From Octopus vulgaris (Eukaryota): 64,000 nucleotides of DNA. Below the pieces are notes generated by a model. That model was not told the origin of the DNA. It worked only from the letters and a program-made list of their open reading frames with translations, and searched no databases. The DNA is taken from NCBI GenBank assembly GCA_951406725.2, contig OX597842.1, positions 8,246,001 to 8,310,000 of the forward strand, given 5' to 3'. Positions 1 through 12,144 of this stretch are shown piece by piece (the first letter of the stretch is position 1; the number at the start of each line of letters is the position of its first letter). The translations under genes and the position numbers were made by a program.

Positions 1-39
1 ACAAACACACAGACACACACACACACCCTGTGTTTTGTA

Positions 40-826
40 TATATATGGATGAGGATTGCTGTGTGAAAAAGTGCCACACTCTAGCCATTGAGGGAACCTG
101 TGGAAGAGGTAGACCCAGGAAGACCTGGGATGAGGTGGTGAAGCACGACCTTCGAGGGAATGACTAATGACCGAGACCTTTGGAAATATGCAGTGCATGA
201 GAAGATCCAGCAAGCCAAATGAGACCATAACCTGTGGCCTATGCCAGGGGTGTAACCAGCCCACTTATGCATACCTTTTCTTTCTTTGATCACTAAACTC
301 GGCTTGCAAAGACCTGTTGAGGCAAGTGAAATCGGAATCAAAATCGAAATCAAATTCGATGACAGCACCGCATGACTGGCATCAGTGCTAGTGGAGCGCT
401 AAGAGCACCATCCGAACGTGATCGTTGCCAAGGCAGCTGACTGGCTTCTTTGCCGGTGGCACGTAAAAAGCGCCATTCGAGCGCGATCGTTACCAGCGTC
501 GCCTTACTGTCACTTGTGCCGGTGGCACGTGAAAAAAACATTTGAGCGAGGTCGTTACCAGTGCCGCTGAACTGGCTTCTGTGCAGGTGGCACGTAAAAA
601 ACACCATTTGAGCGTGGCCGTTGCCAGTACCGCCTGACTGGCCCTCGTGCCGGTGGCATGTAAAATCAGCCACTACACTCTCGGAGTGGTTGGCGTTAGG
701 AAGGGCATCCAGCTGTAGAAACTCTGCCAGATCAAGATTGGAGCCTGGTGCAGCCATCTGGTTCGCCAGTCCTCAGTCAAATCGTCCAACCCATGCCAGC
801 ATGGAAAGCGGACATTAAACGATGAT
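40..826 (+). mobile_element. 3' end of an RTE-like LINE or a related SINE tail
   Basis: Frame reads ...GRPRKTWDEVVKHDL, a typical RTE C-terminal motif. It is followed by a 3' region with short internal repeats and an aaacgatgat tail. The same 3' end recurs at 6705-6880. Confidence 0.6.
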
Positions 827-1160
827 ATACATACATATATATATATACTTTATTTAAAAGCAACCGAAATTCAACAAAACCTGTTACTCTGAGTTTCATA
901 TGTATATATCACCAATATTTATATATATTATGTGTGTATGTATGTATGTATGTATGTATGTATGTATGTATGTATGTATATATATATATATGTATATTAT
1001 ATATATGTATTTATATCGCATATATATTTATATATTTCATGTATATATATATATATATATATCACATATATATTTATATATATTATGTGTGTGTATATAT
1101 ATATATATATTTATATATATTATGTACACACACACAAGCACATATATATCACACATATAT

Positions 1161-1196
<36 letters not shown>

Positions 1197-1424
1197 ACAC
1201 ACATGCACATGTATGTATGTATGTGTGTACGTTCGTAGGTGACTGTTTCATGTCATCTCTTTGACAAGTTTGTGTTTGATGGTGGAAATGCCTGATCAAA
1301 ACATTTCTACAGTCTGACAGGAAGAATGTGCTTCCAGAATTTATTTATACACTCACCGGAATTTTATTGTTTTCCAACCTTTTTTTAATACTTTGATTGT
1401 TTAAATATACTCACACGCTCATAT

Positions 1425-1471
1425 ATCATCATCATCATCACCATCATCACCATCATCACCACCATCATCAC

Positions 1472-1503
<32 letters not shown>

Positions 1504-1555
1504 CCATCATCACCACCATCATCACCATCATCATCATCATCATCACCATCATCAC

Positions 1556-1608
<53 letters not shown>

Positions 1609-1649
1609 CCACCATCATCATCATCATCATCATCATCATCACCACCACC

Positions 1650-1681
<32 letters not shown>

Positions 1682-1705
1682 CATCACCACCACCATCATC
1701 ATCAT
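1425..1705. repeat. (CAT/CAC)n microsatellite, probably an expanded retroelement tail
   Basis: Trinucleotide run abutting ttaacgtc...catgctggc, the reverse of the LINE/SINE 3' end seen at 790-826. Confidence 0.9.
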
Positions 1706-1838
1706 TTAACGTCTGTTTTCCATGCTGGCGTTGGTTAGATGGTTTCACGAACCAGGCAAGGCTTAGGTTAAGAGTTATATGGCGCTCTCACCGTGGCGGC
1801 CGGGATTCGTTTCCCCGCTTGGGGAGAGCTCCTTCATA

Positions 1839-2240
1839 GGCGTAGGAGTGGTTGTGTGGTAAGTAGCTTGCTTACGAATCACACGGTTTCGGGTTCAGTC
1901 CCACTGCATGGCACCTTGGGCAAGTGTCTTCTGCTATAGCCCCGGGCCGACCAATGCCTTGTGAGTGGATTTGGTAGACGGAAACTGAAAGAAGCCTGTC
2001 GTATATATGTATATATATATATATGTGTTTGTGTGTGTTTGTGTGTCTGTGTTTGTCCCCCTAGCATTGCTTGACAACCGATGCTGGTGTGTTTATGTCC
2101 CCGTCACTTAGCGGTTCGACAAAAGAGACCGATAGAATAAGTACTGGTCTTACAAAGAATAAGTCTCGGGGTCGATTTGCTCGACTAAAGGTGGTGCTCC
2201 AGCATGGCCGCAGTCAAATGACTGAAACAAGTAAAAGAGT
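1839..2240 (+). mobile_element. tRNA-derived SINE, family 1 (ggcgcaggagtggctgtgtggtaag...)
   Basis: Pol III A-box-like TGGNNGTGTGG and B-box-like GGTTCAGTCC, internal (TA)/(TG) tract, gtaaaaga tail. Near-identical copies occur throughout the window. Confidence 0.85.
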
Positions 2241-2759
2241 ATATCCCTTAATGCGGCTAGTTTAACATCTAATTGAATTTATATATATACACACAAAATA
2301 AGCAACAAGAATGACTCCGGTAATCTGGTACGATCATTTCGTACTACATCATTTTATTAAATGTTGTAAGTATTACAACAGTTTTAAAATGCTGAGCACT
2401 CATCAGCCAATTTTAGAGGTTTTCCATTAATACAAAAATTTTCATATCAAGTGGTAACATTATAGAGAAGGTAGATACATAGACAAAGATGTGGATTTAA
2501 ATTTTAAGAACATTTGAGGTAGTGGAGCCCATCAACTGACTGACTAAGATTCAGTTGTTCCAGACTACTGTAAGGTCCTGAGAGGGAAGAACAAATGAAA
2601 AGAGACAATAAAGATTTTCTAATTATAGAAATGGGGTAAAGGGGATGTCATAGCTCCATATAAGGAATTTATGTTGAAGACAGCATTGTCACAACTAAAT
2701 GCCAATTACTACTATTTGATGAACAGATTCGGCGTTAGGAGAACTAGGTCAATGTCAAA

Positions 2760-3510
2760 TGGTCACAATAATATTCACAGAGAATGCAGATACCTTACAA
2801 ACCCTATGCATATCATCACAACAGTTGGTCTATAAGTTCCAAGTACTTTGACACGTTAGAATAAAGGAAAAAATATAAATCTAAAATTTATTCAAATTTG
2901 GAGAAAGAGACTATCACTTATTATGAGTAGGCATAGTACTTATTAACTGGGGGAAAAGCCTTATTAATCAAGTGAACATATTATGGGTCAAAATATATAC
3001 TAAGAGGGAAAATCAAAGAATATATACAAAATATATACTAAGAGGGAAAATCAAAGAATATATACAAAATATATACTAAGAGGGAAAATCAAAGAAAGAA
3101 GATATTCAAAGATTTAGTAGAATGTGATATTTCATAATATGAAGGGAGGTGATTTAGAAGAGTAAATTATTCAAATTTCATGGATAGTGAGTTGATATTA
3201 ATGAATTAAAATATAGGATCTAATGGGAATAACATTTACTACCTGCGGATAAAAGTTAATTAGTTAGGTAAAAATATCTTAGGTTAATTATATATTAAGA
3301 AATGGGAGTGAGATAATCAAGATTAACCAAATAGTTTCCCTAGGGATAGGATTAATGCTACTTAGTATTGGAGAACATTATAAAAGGAAGAATTTAATTC
3401 TAAGTTTGCAATGAAGTTTTTTAATCATTTATGGCTGTTAAACTAAAACCAGTATGGTATATTCGTTCCTATTTGGTTAAATATATATTTTGTAAAGATA
3501 TCTTAGAATT
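2760..3510. repeat. ~750-bp dispersed repeat, near-identical direct copy at ~52869-53578
   Basis: Shared sequence from ggtcacaataatattcacagagaatgcag to gtaaagatatcttaga. An internal ~39-bp unit is present 3x here and 2x in the other copy. Confidence 0.85.
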
Positions 3511-3570
3511 CTGGTGCACCTAAATTAAGTACCATATTCATTTGAATCTAAATTTTTGCTGAACTTATAT

Positions 3571-3603
<33 letters not shown>

Positions 3604-3995
3604 TAGATAGATAGATAGATACATACATACATATGTATGTATATATCGAGCGTATGAGAGGTATTGGTGTCTAGAAGATTCAAAGATTGTCGAGTACCGC
3701 TAAGTAAGTGCTATGGATAGACCGTGGTTTATGTCCCCGTCGCAAAAGAGACCGATAGAATAAGTACTGGGCTTACAAAGAATAAGTCCCGGGTCGAGTT
3801 GCTCGATTAAAGGTGGTGCTCCAGCATGGCCGCAGTCAAACGACTGAAACAAGTAAAAGAGTAAAAGAGTAAATAATCTTTCAGCTGTTTCTGGGATATT
3901 GTAGATATCCCTTCATCAGAGACAGTGTGAGAAAATTCGAATTATTGTAGAAAAGATGTGGAATTTTGAGGGAAATATGAGAATGAAAGTAGATA

Positions 3996-4587
3996 TCTTT
4001 ATATATAAAAGTGAAGTTGTGTGAGTGTCTGTCTCCTACGATTTAGATTCCTAACTACTCCCACATTTTGCGGTACAGTTTTACCAAAACCGGGTATCTT
4101 ATAGTCGTGATTCATATCAAGCCCTTCTGGGTATTAGCGCGCGTCTACGATGAGTCTACGATTTAAAAAAAAATTACCATCATTTTGTTCCATTTTAATA
4201 CATTTTTCCGCTATTATATAAGGGAAGTAACTCTCTAAAAATGTCTACTATGAGTCAACGATTTAAAAAAAAATTTACCATAATTTTGTTCCATTTTAAT
4301 ACATTTTTTCGCTATTATATAAGGGAAGTAACTCTCTAAAAATGTCTACGATGAGTCAACGATTTAAAAAAAAATTTACCATCATTTTGTTCCATTTTAA
4401 TGCATTTTTTCGCTATTATATAAGGGAAGTAACTCTCTAAAAATGTCTACGATGAGTCAACGATTTAAAAAAAAATTTACCATAATTTTTTTTCCATTTT
4501 TAATGCATTTTTTTGCTATAACTCTCTAAAAATGCTTATATAGTTATTTCCCTTACAAACCCGAGCAACGCCGGGCGATACTGCTAG
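3996..4587 (+). mobile_element. Non-autonomous Helitron with an internal ~101-bp tandem repeat
   Basis: A|TC 5' end; 3' hairpin cccgagcaacgccggg followed by CTAG|T; inserted between A and T with no target-site duplication (TSD). Confidence 0.85.
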
Positions 4588-4734
4588 TAAGATATATAAA
4601 GATATTGCAGTTGCAGTTCCAGGAAAATGGTGTATAGAAGTGGTAAAGATGTTTCCTGTACATGGTGTGTAAGTTCGAATAGCAGTTCGTATTTAGTCAT
4701 CTCAAAGTCTGGAGACGTGGAATCAGGGATCTCG

Positions 4735-4819
4735 ACGACGACGACAACGACGATGATGATGATGATGATGCTGGTGGTGGTGTTAGAGATGATGATGATG
4801 ATGAGGAGGAGGAGGATAG

Positions 4820-4873
<54 letters not shown>

Positions 4874-5062
4874 CAATGATGACGATGGTGGCATTGATGA
4901 CGATAATGATGTTAATGATGATGATGACGATGAAGATAATAAGGATGGCGACTACGACGATGATGATGATAGCGACGAGGACGCCAATGATGGTGGTGAA
5001 GGTGGTGGTGGTGGTGGTGCTAAAGAAGAAGATGATGATGATGATGATGATGGTGATGGTGG

Positions 5063-5094
<32 letters not shown>

Positions 5095-5098
5095 TTGG

Positions 5099-5140
<42 letters not shown>

Positions 5141-5158
5141 CGACGACGATGATGACGG

Positions 5159-5192
<34 letters not shown>

Positions 5193-5490
5193 GGTGATGA
5201 TGATGATGATGATGATGATGATGACGACGACGATGATGATGACAGTGATGAGGATGATGATGATGGTGGTGGTGGTGATGATGATGATGGTGGTGATGAG
5301 GGTGATGATGATGATGATGATGAATTTGATGATGATGATAAAGATGATGATGATGGTGATAAAGATGATGATGATGGTGATGATGATGATGACGATGATG
5401 ACGACGACGACGATGACGATGACGACGATGATGTCGATGACGGTGATGATGATGATGATGATGATGAGGAGGAGGAGGAGGAGGCGGCGG
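4735..5490. repeat. (GAT/GGT/GAC)n compound microsatellite
   Basis: Direct inspection. Confidence 0.95.
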
Positions 5491-5632
5491 ATATATAGGT
5501 TTCATAATACAAACAAAGTAATTGGAGATCAAAACAAGAATTTATATATTTTCTGTTTATTTCATATTTTCATTTTCATTTTGGTGATAAAAAAATATAT
5601 AATATAACAAAACATAAGGCATGTGTGTGTGT

Positions 5633-5702
<70 letters not shown>

Positions 5703-5885
5703 CAATGGTTGAATGTTTCCAATAAATTTCATGCATATTTCAAAAAATTTTATTGTGCTCAACATCTGTTTCGGTAGAGTGAAAACATCATTTACATAAT
5801 TATAAAACGAACACACATAATTAATTAATTTAGAAGTGAAGAGTTCTTCAGGAGAAAGAAAAAGACAAATGAGTTTGTGTGCGTG

Positions 5886-5929
<44 letters not shown>

Positions 5930-6048
5930 CATATACATACACACAGACACACAGACACAAGTTATGGGGACTTAAACACACCAACATCGCTTGTCAGACA
6001 CACAACTACATACATACATACATACATACATACATACATACATACATA

Positions 6049-6107
<59 letters not shown>

Positions 6108-6110
<3 letters not shown>

Positions 6111-6532
6111 ATTTTCAGAATGAGATAAAAATCCAAGGGTGTGAAAGATTTCAGAACAATTATAAAGAGAAGGTCTTACAGCTGTTTCCGGGATATTTTA
6201 TATATCCCTTCATCGGAGACACTGAGAAAATGGTTAAGCAATAGTTATTCTAGATAAGATATGAAATACAGAGTGAAGTGGAGAGATGAAAATAGATGTG
6301 AGATATGTAGGGATATTGGATCTGTAGATCCATTATTTTGGCAGAATGGTATACATAAAATATCCCTGCACTCTCTATATCATATATCTAAATTAAATAT
6401 TGCTTAACCATCTTCTCACACTGTCTCTGATGAAGGGATATAATAAATATCCTTGAAACAGCTGTAAAACCTTCTATTTATATATGTTCTGATATCTTTC
6501 ACTGCCTTCGATTTTTATCTCATTCTGAAATT
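6108..6532. mobile_element. Inverted pair of Penelope-pLTR-like repeats, each with a minimal hammerhead motif
   Basis: 6108-6350 is the reverse complement of ~6360-6532. Further copies at ~3878-3990 and ~21065-21320. Confidence 0.6.
6423..6470 (+). ncRNA. Minimal type I hammerhead ribozyme motif
   Basis: gtct CTGATGA agggata-loop-tatcctt GAAAC agct GTA aaac. The inverted copy at 6173-6220 restores stem I (gtct/agac) but has a CCGATGA core. Confidence 0.6.
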
Positions 6533-6657
6533 TTTTTTATATATACACATGACCTACGTTGGACTCCTCATTTGCATAATCACTAAACCTATTCATAGTA
6601 TTTACTCAACATTACCTGACACCTTGGCGTCTTATTGACACCATTACCTCTCATAAC

Positions 6658-6702
<45 letters not shown>

Positions 6703-6929
6703 GAGTGGTACTACACTCACGGAGTGGTTGGCGTTAGGAAGGGCATCCAGCTGTAGAAACATTGCCAGATTAGACTGGAGCCTGGTGCAGCCTTCTGGCT
6801 TCCCAGAACCCCGGTCGAACCGTCCAACCCATGCTAGCATGGAGAACGGACGTTAAACGACGATGATGATGATGATGATATATATATATATATATCAGAT
6901 GTTGCTACACATCGCTGGTCACAATGCGC

Positions 6930-7173
6930 TTCGCATTGTTTTAGCCTTCAAATGACGCCACTCCGCTGGCTAAGCGAGTAGGCCAACAGAAGAAAGAGTG
7001 AGAGAAAGTTGTGGTGAAAGAGTACACCAGGGATCGCCACCACCCCTACCGGGGCCTCGTGGAGCTTTAGGTGTTTCCGCTCAATAAACACTCACAACGC
7101 CCGGCCTGGGAATCAAATCGCGATCCTGCAACCGCGAGTCCGCTTCCCTAACCACTGAGCCATTGCGCCTCCA
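6930..7173 (-). mobile_element. tRNA-derived SINE, family 2 (tggaggcgcaatggcccagtggttag...)
   Basis: A/B-box-like head on the minus strand. Copies at ~38555-38782, 42080-42262 and 43420-43603 (-), and ~50388-50570 and 58990-59120 (+). Confidence 0.8.
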
Positions 7174-7487
7174 CACAAGCATATATACTTATATTTACAT
7201 GCTAAATCTAATTAGTTCTTCTCAGCCAGGTGCGTATACTACCTGAGTAGATATATTGGTTGAAGTGATTTATATTTATAATCCAAGATAATAAAACCAT
7301 ATAAGTAACAATTAATACAAAATATATATAATTATATAAATATAATTATAATAAGGGTGCTAATGAGTAGCGCCACATGCTAGAAATAGACGCCAAATTT
7401 CTCCAAGAACTACATTATTTAGCGCATGTGGCGCTATTCATTAGTGATCTTATTATAATTATATTTATATAATTATGTTTTTTGTGT

Positions 7488-7523
<36 letters not shown>

Positions 7524-7578
7524 ACACAAAAAATATAATTATATAAATATAATTATAATATATAATTATATAAATATA

Positions 7579-7626
<48 letters not shown>

Positions 7627-7780
7627 AAACAAGTCAAGATAGAAAATGCTAAAATAATTTTATAAAGAACATTTCAGTACCGGTTTCGGTCATTTGAGAC
7701 CTTTTCAACTGTAACTATTAAATAATTAAATTTAGAAAAATTAAAAAGAAAAGTTTTTTTTTTTTAAGAGTATTTGTATA

Positions 7781-8210
7781 GGTGCAGGAGTGGCTGTGTG
7801 GTAAGTAGCTTGCTAACCAACCACATGGTTCCGGGTTCAGTCCCACTGCGTGGCATCTTGGGCAAGTGTCTTCTGCTATAGCCCCGGGCCGACCAATGCC
7901 TTGTGAGTGGATTTGGTAGACGGAAACTGAAAGAAGCCCGTCGTATATTTGTATATATATGTATATATATATATATATATGTGTGTTTGTGTGTGTGTGT
8001 GTGTGTGTATGTTTGTGTTTGTCCCCCTAGCATTGCTTGACAACCGATGCTGGTGTGTTTACGTCCCCGTCACTTGGCAGTTCGGCAAAAGAGACCGATA
8101 GAATAAGTACTGGGCTTACAAAGAATAAGTCCCGGGGTCGATTTGCTCGACTAAAGGCGGTGCTCCAGCATGGCCGCAGTCAAATGACTGAAACAAGTAA
8201 AAGAATAAAG
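7781..8210 (+). mobile_element. tRNA-derived SINE, family 1 (full length)
   Basis: Near-identical to 1839-2240. Confidence 0.85.
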
Positions 8211-8442
8211 AAAGAAAGAATAGTGTTCAAATATAAGTGGCATTTGATATATATATTTGTCTTCTTCCTCCTCCTTCCTAACATTACCACTATTGCAAAT
8301 TTTATAAACAAAACATTCAAAAGACTTGTATAAGGAATTCAACAATTACAACTACCACCCACCGTGGGTCACTTGACCATTCCACTACCATCCACAGCGA
8401 GCAGTTGACCTTTTAACATACTACTGTCATGGCATTCGCACA

Positions 8443-8920
8443 TTCTTCTTCTTCTTCTTCATTCTTCTTCTTCTTCTTCTTCTTCTTCTTCTTCTTCTTC
8501 TTCTTCTTCTTCTTCTTCTTCTTCTTCTTCTTCTTCTTCTTCATCTGCTTCTTCTTCTTCTTCTTCTTCTTCTTCTTCTTCTTCTTCATCTGCTTCTTCT
8601 TCTTCTTCTTCTTCTTCTTCTTCTTCTTCTTCTTCTTCTTCTTCTTCTTCTTCTTCTTCATCTGCTTCATCTTCTTCTTCTTCTTCTTCTTTTTCTTCTT
8701 TTTCTTCTTCTTCTTCTTCTTCTTCTTCATCTGCTTCATCTTCTTCTTCTTCTTCTTCTTCTTCTTCTTCTTTTTCTTCTTCTTTTTCTTCTTCATCATA
8801 TTCTTCTTCTTCTTCTTCTTCTTCTTCTTCTTCTTCTTTTTCTTCTTCTTCTTCTTCTTCTTCTTCTTCTTCTTCTTCTTCTTCTTCTTCTTCTTCTTCT
8901 TCTTCTTCTTCTTCTTCTTC
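8443..8920. repeat. (TTC)n microsatellite
   Basis: Direct inspection. Confidence 0.95.
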
Positions 8921-9273
8921 CCTACCAAGAACGACCCAGAACCCACAAGAGTAAACAAGTGAGACAGAGGCAGGCAGAAACAAGGCAAATGCCACATGTA
9001 TTTGAACACTATGCAAATATTCCTTTAAAAAAACTTTTCTTTTAATTTTCCCAAAATTTAATTGTTTTTCATACTTACAGTTGAAAAAGTCTCAATGACT
9101 GAAACCGGTACTGAAGTGTTTTTTATCAAATTATTTTAGCATTTTCTATCTTGACTTTTTTTCCACACATGCACACAAGCACACACACATACACACACAC
9201 ACACAAGCACATATACACACATACACATATACATATATGCATGCTTGAATCTATGCATATATGCATGAATGTA

Positions 9274-9838
9274 TTGGGTTTTCCGGAAAGTTCCTGCCGA
9301 TTTTTAAAGGAAAGAAAAAGGTCAATAAATACTTGCCATTACATTTTTAATCGACCAAATATGAACCATTTTCTTGCACAGTGCGTCTCCATCTTTCCTT
9401 TAACTTGAAAATACCCTCTTCCCAGAACTGAGGTGGTTTCATGGCAAAGAATTCATCAACGTATCTTTTTATTTCCTCCAAGGAATTGAAATTTTTACCA
9501 TAAGACTATTCTGCAGAGAACTGAATAAGTGGAAATCTGAAGGAGCAATATCTGGTGAATATGGAGGGTGGGGTAACACATCCCAGCCGAGCTGCAGCAA
9601 TTTTTGTCTGGTTCCCAAAGCATCAAGTGCTGAAAGGGAACTTTCTTATCTTCCATTTTAAAGGGTTACAGAATTAACACAGGTTATAGGAACATAAACC
9701 TTCTTCCACGAAAAGATAGCTTAAACTGTGCTCTAAATGGAGGTGCAGTCAAATCCTATTTTATGGACTCAACCAAGTTCTAAAATAAGTCAAAAGGTAA
9801 GCTACTATAAATTGGCACGAACTTTCCGGACAACCCAA
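9274..9838 (-). mobile_element. Mariner (Tc1/mariner) internal-deletion derivative inserted just 3' of terminal exon C
   Basis: Terminal inverted repeats (TIRs) ttgggtt(t/g)tccggaaagttc...gaactttccggacaacccaa with a TA target duplication. The remnant encodes HPPYSPDIAPSDFHLF. The equivalent site is empty behind exons A and B. Confidence 0.92.
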
Positions 9839-9859
9839 TATTTTATCTTGTGGACATAA

Positions 9860-10197
9860 CTAATATTTAACACTCTCATTACATATATCGGGAATATTTG
9901 GAGAGGGAGTATTTTCAATTACTTCTTTAAGCAAATTTATTAGTAGAGATACAGCACCAATTATAAATAAGAGAAAAAGTATCGAGTTGAATAGCTTCAT
10001 GCGGGCATACATCCTTCGGCGACGAATTTCATCCCTTCTCGTGCCTTCTTCGTTTTCTGGATACACTGTGAGCAAATCCCGATAGCATCCAAATAGCATA
10101 CGACATTCATGTTTGCTCTTGTAGCGGGCAATGGCCATGAGGATAGCACTGAATACTGACACTGATGACATCACCAACGAATAACTGAGTATATGGT
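9860..10197 (-). CDS. Cys-loop receptor terminal exon copy C (tail ...[28 protein letters not shown]), candidate alternative last exon
   Basis: Intact acceptor ttttgcctttgttttacag|AC, 338 nt, open to TAG. M3 and loop are near-identical to A/B, while M4 and the tail are strongly diverged. The spliced product would be 413 aa. Confidence 0.75.
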
Positions 10198-10317
10198 CTG
10201 TAAAACAAAGGCAAAAATAACAGACACACACACACACACATATATATATATACATACATACATTTATATATATATATTTATATATATATATAAATGTATG
10301 TATGTATATATATATAC

Positions 10318-10371
<54 letters not shown>

Positions 10372-10594
10372 TTATATATATATATGTATATATATATATA
10401 CACATAGAAGTAAATATATGGCACAACGAAGTACCGATATTTACTGGAAAATAGCGAACGTAATAATACGACGCTAATGTATAGCTTCACCGTGTATATA
10501 CTAACAAAAATGCGTGAGTGTAACAAACTTGAAAAAAATTGTCTTACCCCCAGGGAGAACATCTGAAAGATAAAACACCTAGAAAGGAATAATG

Positions 10595-10660
10595 TGGGAC
10601 CGGTTTCAGATTTTTCAAGATATGCCTGCACACATATACTTGATCTATCTTCATCAGCCA
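10595..10660 (-). ncRNA. Hammerhead ribozyme motif, sense to the receptor gene
   Basis: tgg CTGATGA agat-long loop-atct GAAAC cg GTC cca. Stem I is extendable (aatg-t-tgg/ccacatt). Confidence 0.65.
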
Positions 10661-10733
10661 ACATTACTTCTATGTATAATTTTCCCTCACGGGCTATTCT
10701 TTACTGGAAAGCAATACTCTCGTATTGCATTAC

Positions 10734-10794
<61 letters not shown>

Positions 10795-10801
<7 letters not shown>

Positions 10802-11141
10802 GGCAGTTTGTCTGTGTGTGTTTCTGTGTGTCTGTTAGGTTGTACCCTCACCCTGAAACTTAACACACACATAGCCCAATGTCATAATTCAAAACTAACG
10901 CAGAGAAAATTTTGAAAAGTTCCCCCAGTTCCGAAAAAATCGATAAATTCGACATGGGGTCGAGAATCAGAAACACAAACCACAGACTGTCTAGGGGACG
11001 CAACTCGACCGTTTTAACTCTCAAAAAAAAATTTACCATAATTTTTTTTCAATTTTTTTGCTATTTTTTGGCTATAACTCTCTAAAAATGCTTTATAGTT
11101 ATTTCCCTTACAAACCCGAGCAACGCCGGGCGATACTGCTA

Positions 11142-11142
<1 letters not shown>
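10795..11142 (+). mobile_element. Non-autonomous Helitron (3' end shared with 3996-4587)
   Basis: Same 3' hairpin and CTAG|T. The 5' end is buried in (TA)n. Confidence 0.7.
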
Positions 11143-11193
<51 letters not shown>

Positions 11194-11566
11194 TTTATTT
11201 AAAAGCAGCAGAAATTCAACAAAACTCAGAGTTTCACGTTCCCGTTCGTCGGACAGTTTTTGTTAAAATAGAACCGATATGACAATTCTATCAAGACTAG
11301 TATAAACGTTACACCTTTAAAAATGGACTTGTTTGATTGGTCCTTCCAAATAACGGTCATATTCGAGCGATAAATAAAAATGAGTTCAATATAAAATATA
11401 AAATTATAAAAGTTGAGGAAAAACCTTAAATCGAATCTTTGGTTAAAATACATATTGTCATTAATAAAGAAAATATAATTAATACATAGAAATTGAAATT
11501 AAAATATTAAAATATATTAAAATATTTCACAACAGTACATACTCATACTAAACTATTAATTACTCC

Positions 11567-11632
<66 letters not shown>

Positions 11633-11673
11633 GACAGATTTTTTATGTAAAATCTTTTGTTGAAACAGATGTT

Positions 11674-12072
11674 GTTGTATTTCGGAATGGTCATTTTGCC
11701 AGCTTAGCCAATAAAAACACACGCACTATATATTTGGTGTTACTTTGCTTCAGTGTCATTTATTTTTTATATTAATCTTAATCTTATTTCGGCCAGAGTT
11801 CTTTCGTCACACTCCTATGACCGCATCAGTGGTCCTTTGCTTTCTTCTTTCTTATTTGTGTGTCTCTCCTTACTAACCGTCAGCCATTTTGTATTTCGGT
11901 TGTATGTATCTTCATTTGCGCATGCGTATATCTCTATGAGCGTCTATGTTTAATTAGTGTGTGTGTGTGTGTGGGGGGGAATGCCTGTAATATTTGTATC
12001 TTCTATTTATATACGTTCGTGTAATTTGTTTTTGTTTTTGTTTATTCTTATTTTGTTCTTGTGTTTACACCC

Positions 12073-12144
<72 letters not shown>

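Noticed and set aside
1839-1920. tRNA-like sequences at SINE heads
   Set aside because: They have A/B boxes but no complete cloverleaf, and they are always attached to SINE bodies.
900-9016. Poly-His, poly-Met, poly-Ser, poly-Glu, poly-Lys and YI-repeat ORFs
   Set aside because: They are translations of (CAT)n, (GAT)n, (TTC)n and (TA)n microsatellites, with no splice or homology support.
10198-10426. N-terminal extension of ORF 9860-10426
   Set aside because: It is intronic (TA)/(TG) repeat upstream of the splice acceptor at 10198-10199.
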